The position numbers were made by a program, and so were the translations under genes. From Candidatus Pacearchaeota archaeon (GTDB lineage Archaea > Nanobdellota > Nanobdellia > Pacearchaeales > UBA284), in assembly GCA_026016245.1 (NCBI GenBank), contig CP061211.1:450001-482000 (forward strand): DNA of 32,000 bases, given 5' to 3'. Positions 1 to 9,821 of this stretch are shown one piece after another (position 1 is the stretch's first letter; every line of letters starts with the position of its first letter). The notes beneath the pieces were generated by a model. The model worked only from the letters and a program-made list of their open reading frames with translations, was not told the DNA's origin and searched no databases.

Positions 1-779
1 GTAAAATTCCTGTGCTTATTGTTTCTATAATAAATGCTGATACTATTGGGGCATTAGCAGCATTCGTAGCTATTGCAGCCACAATTATTATATTCATTAT
101 AGTTGTTTATACCCAAGCAATAAAAGTTGAAGTTCCGCTCTCGTTTGGAAGGGTTCGTGGTTTTGGTATTAGATGGCCTCTTGCTTTCTTTTACACTAGT
201 GTTATTCCTGTTATTTTAACAGCTGCACTTCATGCAAACATAAATCTTATGGCCACTCTAGCAGAAAGAGTAGCTGGCTATGCAACTTTCCTTGGGGGTT
301 TTAGTCCTGAAGGTATTCCAATAAGTGGTCTAGCATTCTGGTTCAGTGCACCGCCAGCAGGAATTATTGAGCATATAATAAAAGGATCATTTATGCCAGT
401 TATGATATGGCAATCTTTAATGTATATCTTATTTATGGTTGCTGGCTCTGTAATGTTCTCCATTTTCTGGATGAAAACATCTGGAATGGATGCAGCAAGC
501 CAGGCTCGACAGATATCATCTTCAGGATTACAAATTCCAGGATTCAGAAGAGATAATAGAGTTATAGAAAGCATTTTATCAAGATATATCCTGCCTTTAA
601 CAGTCATGGGAGGTGCAGCAGTAGGCTTATTAGCAGCTTTATCAGATGTGACTGGAGCTTTAGTTAGGGGGACTGGTATATTACTTAGTGTTATGATAAT
701 TTATCGTTTATATGAAGAAATTGCCCAACAGCATGCTCTTGATATGCATCCTCTTGCAAGAAAATTTATTGCAACATAG
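1..779 (+). CDS. secY: Preprotein translocase subunit SecY, C-terminal part (5' end upstream of window)
   Basis: The frame is open from base 3, so the GTG at 12 is only an ORF-caller start. The TM-rich translation contains GIRWPLAFFYTSVIPVIL and the C-terminal GTGILLSVMIIYRLYEEI typical of archaeal SecY. TAG stop at 777-779. Confidence 0.85.
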   Translation, partial: KIPVLIVSIINADTIGALAAFVAIAATIIIFIIVVYTQAIKVEVPLSFGRVRGFGIRWPLAFFYTSVIPVILTAALHANINLMATLAERVAGYATFLGGFSPEGIPISGLAFWFSAPPAGIIEHIIKGSFMPVMIWQSLMYILFMVAGSVMFSIFWMKTSGMDAASQARQISSSGLQIPGFRRDNRVIESILSRYILPLTVMGGAAVGLLAALSDVTGALVRGTGILLSVMIIYRLYEEIAQQHALDMHPLARKFIAT

Positions 780-834
780 CATAAGATTTAAATAAAACAA
801 AATAAAAATTAGAAGATAAGATAGATAAAATAAA

Positions 835-1287
835 ATGAGTATATTTGTGGATTTTGTTCAGTGGAGCCCTTTAGCTAGCATAATCATATTTGCTTTTGTA
901 ATAACATTCATCCTCACATTTCTGTATAAAAAATTGATCAATAAAAAAAAGATGGACGAACTAAAAGAAAAACAGAAAGAAGCAAAAGAAAAAATAAAAG
1001 AATATAAGGGTAATCCTGAAAAAATGGCAGAAATTCAGAAAGAGATGATGGAGGCAAGCATGCAGAGTATGAAATTAACCCTAAAACCCATGTTAATCAC
1101 ATTCCTTCCCTTATTACTTATATTTTATGGGCTTAAAATTTTATATATGGATGCTGTAAAGGTTGGAAATATTATAGAATGGGGGACTAATCTTCCCATA
1201 ATTGGAAATGGTGCAGGTTGGCTTCTTTGTTATATTGTTTTTGGTTTTGTCTTTAGTCTGATTTTACGCAAATTATTCAAAATATAA
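835..1287 (+). CDS. DUF106 / archaeal YidC-Oxa1-like membrane insertase
   Basis: 150 aa with an N-terminal TM, a K/E-rich coiled segment (KKMDELKEKQKEAKEKIKEY...MAEIQKEMMEA) and two further TMs. It sits immediately after secY, as in the conserved archaeal neighbourhood. Confidence 0.7.
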   Translation: MSIFVDFVQWSPLASIIIFAFVITFILTFLYKKLINKKKMDELKEKQKEAKEKIKEYKGNPEKMAEIQKEMMEASMQSMKLTLKPMLITFLPLLLIFYGLKILYMDAVKVGNIIEWGTNLPIIGNGAGWLLCYIVFGFVFSLILRKLFKI

Positions 1288-1288
1288 G

Positions 1289-1711
1289 ATGGATAAAGAA
1301 AATAAAGAATTTGAGAAAAAGATAATTGAGTTTAATATTCTTGATGCTAGAATTAGGGAGTTAGAGCAAAATATAGTTCTTTTGGAAAAACAAATTACAG
1401 AGATACAGAATTGTCAACTATCTCTAGATGAACTTAAGAACACAAAGGAAGGAACTGAAACATTTTCATCCATTAGTCCAGGAATCCTCGTGAAATCTAA
1501 ACTATTGGATAATTCAGAAGTTATGATGGATGTTGGAGCCAAAATTTTCTGTAAAAAAAGTGTTGATGGAGCTAAAGAAATAATACAGAAAAGATTAGAT
1601 CAGGCTCTTGAAATTCATAAAAAACTATCTGAGGAGATAACTCTATTATTACAGGAAATAACTAAGTTAGAGAAGGAGATAAGAGAAAAACAATTAAAAT
1701 CTATTTCTTAA
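1289..1711 (+). CDS. pfdA: Prefoldin alpha subunit
   Basis: 140 aa with two long heptad-like helices flanking a central beta-hairpin region (GTETFSSISPGILVKSKLLDNSEVMMDVGAKIFCKKSVDGAKEII), which is the prefoldin alpha architecture. Confidence 0.65.
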   Translation: MDKENKEFEKKIIEFNILDARIRELEQNIVLLEKQITEIQNCQLSLDELKNTKEGTETFSSISPGILVKSKLLDNSEVMMDVGAKIFCKKSVDGAKEIIQKRLDQALEIHKKLSEEITLLLQEITKLEKEIREKQLKSIS

Positions 1712-2537
1712 ACATAAAAGGATAAACTCTTCTAACCTCGCTGATAAAAGATTTTTTCATGAAAACTCCAAGCTCTGAAATTATTGCTGTAACAAGTGCT
1801 GGATCTATTTTTTCAAAAGCCATGTTAGAGATCTTAACACCTTTTGGAGGATTAGACCAAACTTCCTTAATACTTCTTTTTTCAATTTTTTCTTCTATTC
1901 CATAAATTGTTTCTGGATCAAATTTCCAAGAATCTGTTGCTACATAGAGAGGAACATCATACTTTTTCGCAATAATAGCAAAAAGTTCGCTTCCTATTTT
2001 ATTATATATTTTTGTTGGTGTAATAGCATCAGTACCATAGAAGGATATGTCAGCTTTCTTGAGAGCTATCCTTGCAGCAGAATCCACAAACATTGTAACA
2101 GGAATTCTTGCTTTAGAAAGCTGTGATGCTGTAATGCGGCCTTGATACAATGGGCGAGTTTCAGTACAATAAACCTCAAACTTTTTTCCTTGTCTTTTTG
2201 CCTCCAAGAAAATGTTTATAACAGTGCTAGAATGGCAGTGTGTGTAAATTGTCATGCCATTTTTAATAAATCTAGAACCATATTTTGATATTTTTTTCTG
2301 GCTTTCTTTGAAGTGTTCAAGAACAAATCCCACACCTTCTTTAATTGTTGGTTTAGCAAGAATAAATTTGATAGTATTTCTTAAAGTGGGTTCAGTTGGT
2401 CTTAAATTGATGAGCTTTCTTACAGCTTTCTTGTCATGTTTTATTAACAAGGCTTTTGCTGCTGCCATAGCAACATTTCTTGCTCCCTGTATTTTTACCT
2501 CTTTTATGTCTTTGCATATCTTATCAAAACGATTCAT
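1701..2537 (-). CDS. eIF-2B alpha/beta/delta family protein, likely ribose-1,5-bisphosphate isomerase (e2b2)
   Basis: Contains THCHSS, CTETRPLYQGRITA, IPVTMFVDSAAR and NKIGS, which are family signatures. Its 3' end overlaps pfdA convergently by 11 nt. TAG stop. Confidence 0.75.
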   Translation of the reverse strand: MNRFDKICKDIKEVKIQGARNVAMAAAKALLIKHDKKAVRKLINLRPTEPTLRNTIKFILAKPTIKEGVGFVLEHFKESQKKISKYGSRFIKNGMTIYTHCHSSTVINIFLEAKRQGKKFEVYCTETRPLYQGRITASQLSKARIPVTMFVDSAARIALKKADISFYGTDAITPTKIYNKIGSELFAIIAKKYDVPLYVATDSWKFDPETIYGIEEKIEKRSIKEVWSNPPKGVKISNMAFEKIDPALVTAIISELGVFMKKSFISEVRRVYPFMFKK

Positions 2538-2642
2538 AAAAAAAACAAGGGAAAGGGATTAAAAAATCTTTTTATTTTAGATTTTTGGAAACCTTTTTAA
2601 AATTAAAAGAGCTGATAAAATTATAAAAGAGGTAAGAAAGGA

Positions 2643-3521
2643 ATGCTTGAGACATTAGTTAATCCTAAAAAAGCTGAAAGACGCCCATGGGAGATGTTCT
2701 TTATAGGGGCATTATATGCTACAGTTTCACTTTTTATCGCAGATTTCCTCTTCTTGAAAAATCCTGTATTTGAAAAACATATCAGCATTTTAATAGTTTT
2801 TTTCACTGTCATGTTCTCCATACCTTTTTTCTTTTACATTATTAAAATTGAAGAGGAGAAAGATACAAAAATCAAAAGCGAGAAGAAACTAATTAAGGAA
2901 CATGGAAAAGCTATCAGTGCATTACTTTTCTTATTCTTAGGTTATGTTGTTGCTTTTGCTTTATTATTTGCTTTAATGCCCATGGAAACGACAAGTACTA
3001 ATTTTAAAATCCAAGTAGAAACTTACTGTATGGTTAATGCAAGGTTTGGTTATGAGGAATGTGTTGAAGGGCATTTAACAGGAGATGCCACAGAACTACG
3101 TATGAAAGTACCAAGTATAAAAAATGGCATGTCCCGAGTTTCAACCATCCTTTCTAATAATTTTTATGTTCTTTTGTTTAGCCTTTTATTTTCATTCTTA
3201 TTCGGAGCTGGAGCAATATTCATTCTTGCTTGGAATGGAAGTGTTATTGCAGCAGCCATAGCTATATTTGCTCGTGATAATCTAGCACAACTTCCTTTAG
3301 GATTTTTACGTTACCTTATTCATGGATTGCCAGAGATTGCTTCTTATTTTATTGTGGCTCTTGCAGGTGGTATCATAGGGACAGCAGTAATAAGACATGA
3401 ATTTGGACATGAAAAGTTTTGGCATGTTCTACAAGATTCTTTAGATCTCATAATTATCGCTCTCCTTGTTCTAATAATCTCAGCATTTATGGAAGTTTTT
3501 TTAACCCCAGCTTTGTTTTAA
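2643..3521 (+). CDS. SpoIIM/DUF95-family integral membrane protein
   Basis: Polytopic membrane protein. The C-terminal half (FGAGAIFILAWNGSVIAAAIA...LIHGLPEIASYFIVALAGG) resembles the stage II sporulation protein M/DUF95 family. Confidence 0.55.
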   Translation: MLETLVNPKKAERRPWEMFFIGALYATVSLFIADFLFLKNPVFEKHISILIVFFTVMFSIPFFFYIIKIEEEKDTKIKSEKKLIKEHGKAISALLFLFLGYVVAFALLFALMPMETTSTNFKIQVETYCMVNARFGYEECVEGHLTGDATELRMKVPSIKNGMSRVSTILSNNFYVLLFSLLFSFLFGAGAIFILAWNGSVIAAAIAIFARDNLAQLPLGFLRYLIHGLPEIASYFIVALAGGIIGTAVIRHEFGHEKFWHVLQDSLDLIIIALLVLIISAFMEVFLTPALF

Positions 3522-3531
3522 ATAATATAAA

Positions 3532-4776
3532 ATGAAAACACAAACACAGCTGACAAAACGAACTTTCCTTTTATGGACAGGTTTAATCCTAGCTGCCATA
3601 GGAAGCTATCTTTTCTATTTCATTATGGCTAGGATGTTAAGTGTAGAAGACTATGGGCTTCTTTATTCACTCATCGCACTTACCTATCTTTTTACAATAC
3701 CTCATGAAACTATTAGGACAGTGATATCAAAATACACAACAGAGTTTTGGGTAAAAAAAGAAAAAGGGAAGATTAAAGAATTAATGATCAAAGCAATAAA
3801 AACCATCTCTCTAATTTCAATCATTACTTTTGTGATATTTTTGCTTTTGCTTCCCTTATGGACAAAAATTTTGCACACAAATGTATGGTCCATATCCCTA
3901 ATTGGATTATCTCTATTAATCACATTCATGCTTCCGATAATTTGGGGGGTTTTACAGGGGACTAATCGTTTTGGACATCTTGGATTAAATAATTCTGCTG
4001 AGATGGTTGTCAAACTTGCTCTTGGTATAATTTTAGTGTCCATAATAGGCTTAGGAGTTAATGGAGCTATCATAGCGATTCCATTGTCTATTGCTGCTGC
4101 ATTTTTTATTGGTTTTATCCCAATTAGAGATATAATAAAGGCAAAAAAGAAACCATTTAAAGCTGAGAAGCACCTCTTTAGATATTCTATGTCTGCCTTG
4201 ATCATCTTTACCTTTTTTGTGGCTCTTTATTCAATTGATATAATCCTAGCAAGATATTTTTTCAGTCCCCTCTATGCTGGCCTTTATAGTGCAGTTTCTG
4301 TTATTAGTAAGGTTCTCTTTTTTGGATCAACAGCTATAACAAGAGTGATGTTTTCTGAGATTATTGAAAAGCATGGAAAAAAGAAGACAGAGGATAGCAG
4401 GAAAAAAAGTAGAAAAGTTTTGTTTAGATCTCTAGGCTTCCTGGCAATCATGTGCGGAATTTTCTTATTTATTGCTTTCATCTTTCCAGAATTAATTATT
4501 AATGTAGTTGTCGGTAATAGATATATTGCTGCAACACCACTTCTAAAGTACATGATGCTAGCAATGGCATTTTTTTCCTTCTCGTCATTAATTGTATTTT
4601 ATAATTTATCTATTGATTGGCATAAGAAAATTACAGCAAAAATCCTTGGAAGTGTCGCATTTTTAATGATGGCCTTCCTTATTTTGTTTCATGCAAATCT
4701 GGAACAATTTGTCAAAGTAATTTTAGCCATAAATATAGGGCTTTTCCTAGCTCTTTTAACAACGTTAAAACGTTAA
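3532..4776 (+). CDS. MOP-superfamily oligosaccharide/polysaccharide flippase (Wzx-like)
   Basis: 414 aa with about 12 predicted TM segments and a basic loop in the middle. It lies directly upstream of aglB. Confidence 0.6.
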   Translation: MKTQTQLTKRTFLLWTGLILAAIGSYLFYFIMARMLSVEDYGLLYSLIALTYLFTIPHETIRTVISKYTTEFWVKKEKGKIKELMIKAIKTISLISIITFVIFLLLLPLWTKILHTNVWSISLIGLSLLITFMLPIIWGVLQGTNRFGHLGLNNSAEMVVKLALGIILVSIIGLGVNGAIIAIPLSIAAAFFIGFIPIRDIIKAKKKPFKAEKHLFRYSMSALIIFTFFVALYSIDIILARYFFSPLYAGLYSAVSVISKVLFFGSTAITRVMFSEIIEKHGKKKTEDSRKKSRKVLFRSLGFLAIMCGIFLFIAFIFPELIINVVVGNRYIAATPLLKYMMLAMAFFSFSSLIVFYNLSIDWHKKITAKILGSVAFLMMAFLILFHANLEQFVKVILAINIGLFLALLTTLKR

Positions 4777-4823
4777 AAAAGCGTCAACAAAAAGTATAAA
4801 AGTCTGGTTAATATAATCTCAAA

Positions 4824-7613
4824 ATGGAAGGAGAGGTTAAGGAAGAAATTAAAGAGGAAATCAGAGAAGAAACTAAAGAAATCAAACAAGAACCACAAAA
4901 ACAACCAGAACAGCCCAAAATAGAAGAGATTACAGAAACAAAACCAAAAAGAAAACTATTTGCTAATATAAAATTCAAACCAGATAAAAAATTCTGGATA
5001 ATTCTTGCTTTAATCATACTTTTAATTGCTATCATATATCTAGGGGTTTGGATTAGAACTCAAAATATCCCTCAACTAAAAGATGTAACAACAGGCCAAT
5101 ATACTTTAGGTCCAGACTTAGATCCTTTCCTCTTTCTGAGACATGCTAAAGAAATTTCTGAAAACAGATTAGAAAATCCTGATATGATGAGGGCAGCACC
5201 ACTTGGAGTGCAAAATTATGCTAAAACAAGTTTGATGCCATGGGCGATAGTCTTTATTTATAAAATTTTGAATATTTTTTGGGAACCACCAACAGCAACT
5301 GTTGAATTTGCTGCAATTATTGCACCAGTCATTTTTTTTGCTTTAACATTAATTGTTTTTTTCTTTTTTATAAAAAAGCTATTCTCTTTTATAACAAATA
5401 AAAGAAATGCATTAACTATAGCTTTGATTGCAACTGTTTTTTATGCTGTAATTCCACCTATGTTGCATAGAACAACAGCAGGCATTCCTGAAATTGAAAG
5501 TCTTGGCATGCTATGGTTTTGGTGTGCATTTTTATTCTTTACTTGGGCATGGCAATCAAAAAAAATTAAAAAAATAATGCCTCTTGCAATTCTTTCTGGT
5601 ATTTTTACTGGCTTAATGATTTTCACATGGGGGGGCAATAAATACATTTTTATGACATTTGCCTTAGCGTCTTTTCTTGTTTTTTTCTTTAATAAGCAAA
5701 AAAAGAAAAATTTTCTTATTTTCACTTCATGGCTTATTCCAACCTTAATTTTTGCTTTTGCTGAAAATCCTACTTTTGAAGCTCTTACAGTAATATCTGA
5801 TACTGGTTTTGCTTCAATAATATTTTCATTATTGCTTGTTGACATGATAGTTTTTAATACAAAATTAAAAAAAATAAGAGAAAAAATAAAATTACCAGAA
5901 AGTGTAATAACCATGATTATATTAATAGTTATTGGATTTATAGGTCTTTTAATAATTAATCCAAATTTAATTTCACAAACTGCTTCTAAAGTTGTAGAAG
6001 GTTTGCTTTATCCTTTTGGCAGAGGCAGAGTGAGCTTAACAGTTGCAGAGAACAAAGCTCCTTATTTTGTTGAGGTTTTTGGAAGCTTTAGTTATCTTTT
6101 TTGGCTTTTTTTCTTTGGCACTTTACTCTTATTTTATGAAGCAACAAAACATTTTGATAATAAAAATAAAATTCTTCTAAACAGCTTTTTTATTATTTTT
6201 ATGATAACTTTTATTTTTAGTAGAATTTCACCTCAAAGCTTGCTTAATGGAGAAAATTTCATATCAAAGTTTTTATATTTTGGTGGCCTAATTATTTTTG
6301 CTTTTGTCTTGCTTTATATTTATATTAGTGCTTATGTCAGAAAAGAATATAAGATATCAGAAAATTTCAAAAACATCAATTTTTCTTATATTCTGGCTCT
6401 TGCATTTATATTCTGGATGATTGTATCAATGAGGGGAGCAATAAGACTTTTTTTTATAATAAGTCCGGCCTTGATTATTGCATCAGCCTTTTTACCAATT
6501 AAGCTAGCTGAATATAGTTTTAAAACAAAAGATAAATTATACAAGATACTTTTGTGGTGTGGTGTTATTTTAGTAGTTGTATGCTTGATTATAACTTTTA
6601 TAAATTATACAAAAAGTACAGCTCAAAGTGCAAAATATACTATTCCTGGACCTTATTATCAACAATGGCAAAAGGCAATGGAATGGGTTAGAGAAGAAAC
6701 TCCAAAAAATTCAATTTTTGCTCACTGGTGGGATTATGGTTATTGGGTGCAAACTTTAGGAGAAAGACCCACTGTTTTAGATGGAGGTCATGCATATCAT
6801 GGAGGCTTCTGGAATTATTTAATGGGAAGACATGTTTTATGTGGACAAAATGAAAATGAAGCTCTAGAATTTTTATATGCACATAATGCTTCATATCTTT
6901 TAATTGATTCAACTGAAATAGGTAAATACAGTGCTTATGGCGGTATTGGTTCTGACGAAAGTGGTTATGATAGATTAAGTTGGATAAATGCTTTTGTCCT
7001 TGATCCTACACAAACACAGGAAACAGGAAATGAAACAGCTTATGTTTATGTTGGTGGAACTATGTTTGACCAAGATGTTGAATGGGAGGGGCAGATTTTC
7101 CCAAGAGGAAAGGCAATAATAGTTGGCTTCTTACTAGTCATAGACAAAGAAACTGGAGAGATAAATGAAATTAAAAACATAGTTTATTATAATGAAAAAC
7201 AATACAGAATTCCAATAAAATATGTCTACATTAATGGGGAATTAAAAGAGCTGGAAAAGAAAGATGAAAAATTAATGAATGGGGCTCTTTATCTCATTCC
7301 AAGTGTTGGTCAGCAAATTAATAGTATGGGGGCAGCCTTATATTTAAGTGAAAAAGCATTAAATGCACAATGGGTCAAGCTTTACTTATTTGATGAAAGT
7401 GAAAATTTTGAGCTTGTTCATAGCCAAGATAATTTATTTGTTGAACAACTAAAACAGAATAATATCACTATAAGTGATATCATATATGCTGGTGGCATTC
7501 TCGGACCAATAAAAATATGGAAAATAAATTATCCTGAAAACTTTACCATTCCAGACAAAAAATTAAAAAGGTATTTACAGCCAAAAAGCGATTTGCCTTT
7601 TGATTTATGGTAA
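4824..7613 (+). CDS. aglB: Dolichyl-phosphooligosaccharide-protein glycosyltransferase (archaeal oligosaccharyltransferase, STT3 family)
   Basis: 929 aa with a polytopic N-terminal half and a soluble C-terminal domain. The catalytic WWDYG motif (HWWDYGYW) is encoded near 6726-6740. There is an E/K-rich N-terminal extension. Confidence 0.9.
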   Translation: MEGEVKEEIKEEIREETKEIKQEPQKQPEQPKIEEITETKPKRKLFANIKFKPDKKFWIILALIILLIAIIYLGVWIRTQNIPQLKDVTTGQYTLGPDLDPFLFLRHAKEISENRLENPDMMRAAPLGVQNYAKTSLMPWAIVFIYKILNIFWEPPTATVEFAAIIAPVIFFALTLIVFFFFIKKLFSFITNKRNALTIALIATVFYAVIPPMLHRTTAGIPEIESLGMLWFWCAFLFFTWAWQSKKIKKIMPLAILSGIFTGLMIFTWGGNKYIFMTFALASFLVFFFNKQKKKNFLIFTSWLIPTLIFAFAENPTFEALTVISDTGFASIIFSLLLVDMIVFNTKLKKIREKIKLPESVITMIILIVIGFIGLLIINPNLISQTASKVVEGLLYPFGRGRVSLTVAENKAPYFVEVFGSFSYLFWLFFFGTLLLFYEATKHFDNKNKILLNSFFIIFMITFIFSRISPQSLLNGENFISKFLYFGGLIIFAFVLLYIYISAYVRKEYKISENFKNINFSYILALAFIFWMIVSMRGAIRLFFIISPALIIASAFLPIKLAEYSFKTKDKLYKILLWCGVILVVVCLIITFINYTKSTAQSAKYTIPGPYYQQWQKAMEWVREETPKNSIFAHWWDYGYWVQTLGERPTVLDGGHAYHGGFWNYLMGRHVLCGQNENEALEFLYAHNASYLLIDSTEIGKYSAYGGIGSDESGYDRLSWINAFVLDPTQTQETGNETAYVYVGGTMFDQDVEWEGQIFPRGKAIIVGFLLVIDKETGEINEIKNIVYYNEKQYRIPIKYVYINGELKELEKKDEKLMNGALYLIPSVGQQINSMGAALYLSEKALNAQWVKLYLFDESENFELVHSQDNLFVEQLKQNNITISDIIYAGGILGPIKIWKINYPENFTIPDKKLKRYLQPKSDLPFDLW

Positions 7614-7632
7614 AAATATATAAAAATATAAA

Positions 7633-8634
7633 ATGATTAGCCAAGTTTTAATTACTGTTTTGTATCTTATTTTTGCATTTGTAGTTACATTGCTATTAAT
7701 AAAATGGTGGATTTCTATAGCTAAAAAAAATAAATTGCAAGGAAAGGATATGAATAAGTACAAAAAACCACTTGTTGCAGAAGCAGGAGGAATAGCTGTT
7801 GTTCTTGCTATTGTTTTTACATTATTCTTATATATATTTTTCAAAACTTTTGTATTAAAGACAGAAACACACTTTGTTGAAGTTTTTGCATTAATTGTCA
7901 CTCTCCTTTTAGCTTGTTTTATTGGTTTTATAGATGATATTCTTGGATGGAAAAAAGGTATAAGGGGGTGGAAAAGAATTTTAATGACAATTCCAATTGC
8001 AATTCCATTAATGGTTATAAATGCAGGCCATAGCACAATGTCTGTTCCTTTTTTAGGTTCTGTTGATTTTGGCCTTGTCTATCCACTTGTAATTGTTCTT
8101 GTTGGGATTATTGGGGCAACAAATGGTTTTAACTTGCTGGCTGGCTATAATGGACTTGAGGCTGGTCTAGGAATAGTAATTTTTGCTACTCTAGGAGCAA
8201 TTGCTTTTTTTGGAGGAAATGTCTGGCTAGCTTTGATAGCTGGGATAATTATTTTCTCTTTACTAGGTTTTCTAATATTTAATCAATATCCAGCAAAAAT
8301 ATTTCCAGGTGATTCTTTAACATATAGTATAGGAGCTCTAATAGCTGTTTTTGCAATACTTGGAAATATGGAAAAAGCAGCTTTCTTGCTTTTTATCCCA
8401 TTCATTATTGAAGGCATATTAAAAGCAAGGTCAAAATTTAAAGCTGAAAATTTTGGAAAGCCGAATAAAGATGGCAGTCTGGAGGTGCCTTATAAAAAAA
8501 CCTATAGCTTGACGCATGCTTCAATTTTGTTTTTGAAAAAAGTAAAAAAGAAAGCTTATGAAAAAGATGTTGTAAGGCTACTTTTGATAATTGAATTAAT
8601 TATAGCAGTTCTGATTATGGCAAGCTATGTATAA
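7633..8634 (+). CDS. Glycosyltransferase family 4 (MraY/WecA/AglH-like polyprenyl-phosphate HexNAc-1-phosphate transferase)
   Basis: Polytopic membrane protein with FIDDILGWKKG and NGFNLLAGYNGLEAG motifs typical of the family. Confidence 0.8.
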   Translation: MISQVLITVLYLIFAFVVTLLLIKWWISIAKKNKLQGKDMNKYKKPLVAEAGGIAVVLAIVFTLFLYIFFKTFVLKTETHFVEVFALIVTLLLACFIGFIDDILGWKKGIRGWKRILMTIPIAIPLMVINAGHSTMSVPFLGSVDFGLVYPLVIVLVGIIGATNGFNLLAGYNGLEAGLGIVIFATLGAIAFFGGNVWLALIAGIIIFSLLGFLIFNQYPAKIFPGDSLTYSIGALIAVFAILGNMEKAAFLLFIPFIIEGILKARSKFKAENFGKPNKDGSLEVPYKKTYSLTHASILFLKKVKKKAYEKDVVRLLLIIELIIAVLIMASYV

Positions 8635-8787
8635 ATTCATGAAATTTCTAGCTTATTTCTTATTATAATAGCAAGAATTACTAATTGAGATTATTCTTAC
8701 ATCATTATGCTTATCTAATTTTGATTTAATAAAAGATTACGAATTTAAAAAGATTAGTTTTATAAATTTATAAAGCAGCAGTTTAAT

Positions 8788-9783
8788 ATGAAAATTTGGA
8801 TTGATATAACCAACACACCCCATGTTCTGTTCTTCAAGCCAATTATAGAAATGCTGAGAAAAGAAAGGCATGAAGTAATAATAACCGCGAGAAAACATGC
8901 ACAAACTCTCGGCATGTTAGATTTCTTTCATCTTCCTTATGTCACAATAGGAAAACATGCTGGCAAGTCTTTGATAAAAAAGGCATTTAACACTATTCCC
9001 AGAGTTTCTTTATTAAAAAAGTTTATAAGAAAAGAAAAGCCGGATTTGGGAATATGCCACCAGTCTCCTTATCTTGTCCAGGCATGCTTTTTATTGGGTA
9101 TAAAAAGTATTTATATTTTTGACAATGAAACAGCAGCTTTGCAGAATTTGCTTTCCATACCTTTTGCTTCTAAAGTGTTATGTCTAGGAGCAATAAAGAA
9201 AAAAAGGCTTTTTGGAAAAAAGCTTATTAAATATCCTGGAGTAAAAGAAGCTGTTTACTTAACTAGCTGGAAATTTAACAAAAACATATTTAGGAAGTTG
9301 GGTCTAAACAAAAACAAAAAGATAATTGTTTTGAGACCAGAGCCTTATACTGCGGCCTATTATAAGAAAAATAAAGATATATTATTGAAATTAGTAAAAA
9401 GCATGCCAAAAGAATGGCAGGTTGTGTTAATAGCAAGAAGTGAAAAACAAAAAAAAGAATACAAAAAAATAAATCCGAACTTGATAATACCCAAAAAAGC
9501 AATTGATGGCCCTTCCTTAATTTACTATGCAGACCTCGTTATAGGTGCGGGCGGCACAATGAACAGAGAAGCTGCTGTTTTAGGCACACCAGTAATAAGT
9601 ACTTACCAGGAAAAATCGCTTGCAGTTGATGAATGGCTTATAAAAAAGGGTTTAATGATTCATTCTCTAGATCCTTCTCTTAGCTTGATAAAAAAAGTTA
9701 TGGGAAGGAAAAAGAAGAGCATGCTAAAAGAAGGCAAGCAAGCTCTAGATCTTATAATTGGAGAGATAGAAAAAACTAGATGA
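8788..9783 (+). CDS. DUF354-family protein (GT-B-like fold, glycan biosynthesis context)
   Basis: Starts MKIWIDITNTPHVLFFKPII and carries the C-terminal GAGGTMNREAAVLGTPVIS, a pattern I recognise from the archaeal DUF354 family. Context is a glycosylation cluster. Confidence 0.5.
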   Translation: MKIWIDITNTPHVLFFKPIIEMLRKERHEVIITARKHAQTLGMLDFFHLPYVTIGKHAGKSLIKKAFNTIPRVSLLKKFIRKEKPDLGICHQSPYLVQACFLLGIKSIYIFDNETAALQNLLSIPFASKVLCLGAIKKKRLFGKKLIKYPGVKEAVYLTSWKFNKNIFRKLGLNKNKKIIVLRPEPYTAAYYKKNKDILLKLVKSMPKEWQVVLIARSEKQKKEYKKINPNLIIPKKAIDGPSLIYYADLVIGAGGTMNREAAVLGTPVISTYQEKSLAVDEWLIKKGLMIHSLDPSLSLIKKVMGRKKKSMLKEGKQALDLIIGEIEKTR

Positions 9784-9821
9784 ACCCCCTCGCCCTAGAG
9801 GCATGTATCATATCATAAAAA

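Noticed and set aside
278-607. Antisense or shadow ORFs inside well-supported genes. Examples are 278-607(-), 2254-2562(+), 3702-4205(-), 4284-4553(-), 4808-5035(-), 5441-5914(-), 6688-6912(-), 7605-8036(-), 9290-9502(-), 12520-12750(+), 13726-14079(+), 18042-18233(+), 18383-18643(+), 19217-19477(+), 22222-22455(-), 22578-22805(+), 22941-23129(+), 24317-24568(+), 25845-26084(+), 26044-26310(+), 26789-27013(-), 28234-28461(-), 29997-30215(+) and 30228-30497(-).
   Set aside because: Each lies wholly opposite or overlapping a gene with clear family motifs. Their translations are low-complexity (F/L/I/S/K-rich) with no recognisable motifs. Long spurious ORFs are expected in AT-rich DNA opposite K/E-rich coding sequence.
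4824-4960. Repetitive gaa/aaa/gag-rich DNA at the 5' ends of aglB and secF and the 3' end of rps4, considered as tandem repeats or satellite.
   Set aside because: The periodicity is codon-level and imperfect (K/E codon runs) and in frame with the genes. It is low-complexity coding sequence, not a discrete DNA repeat.
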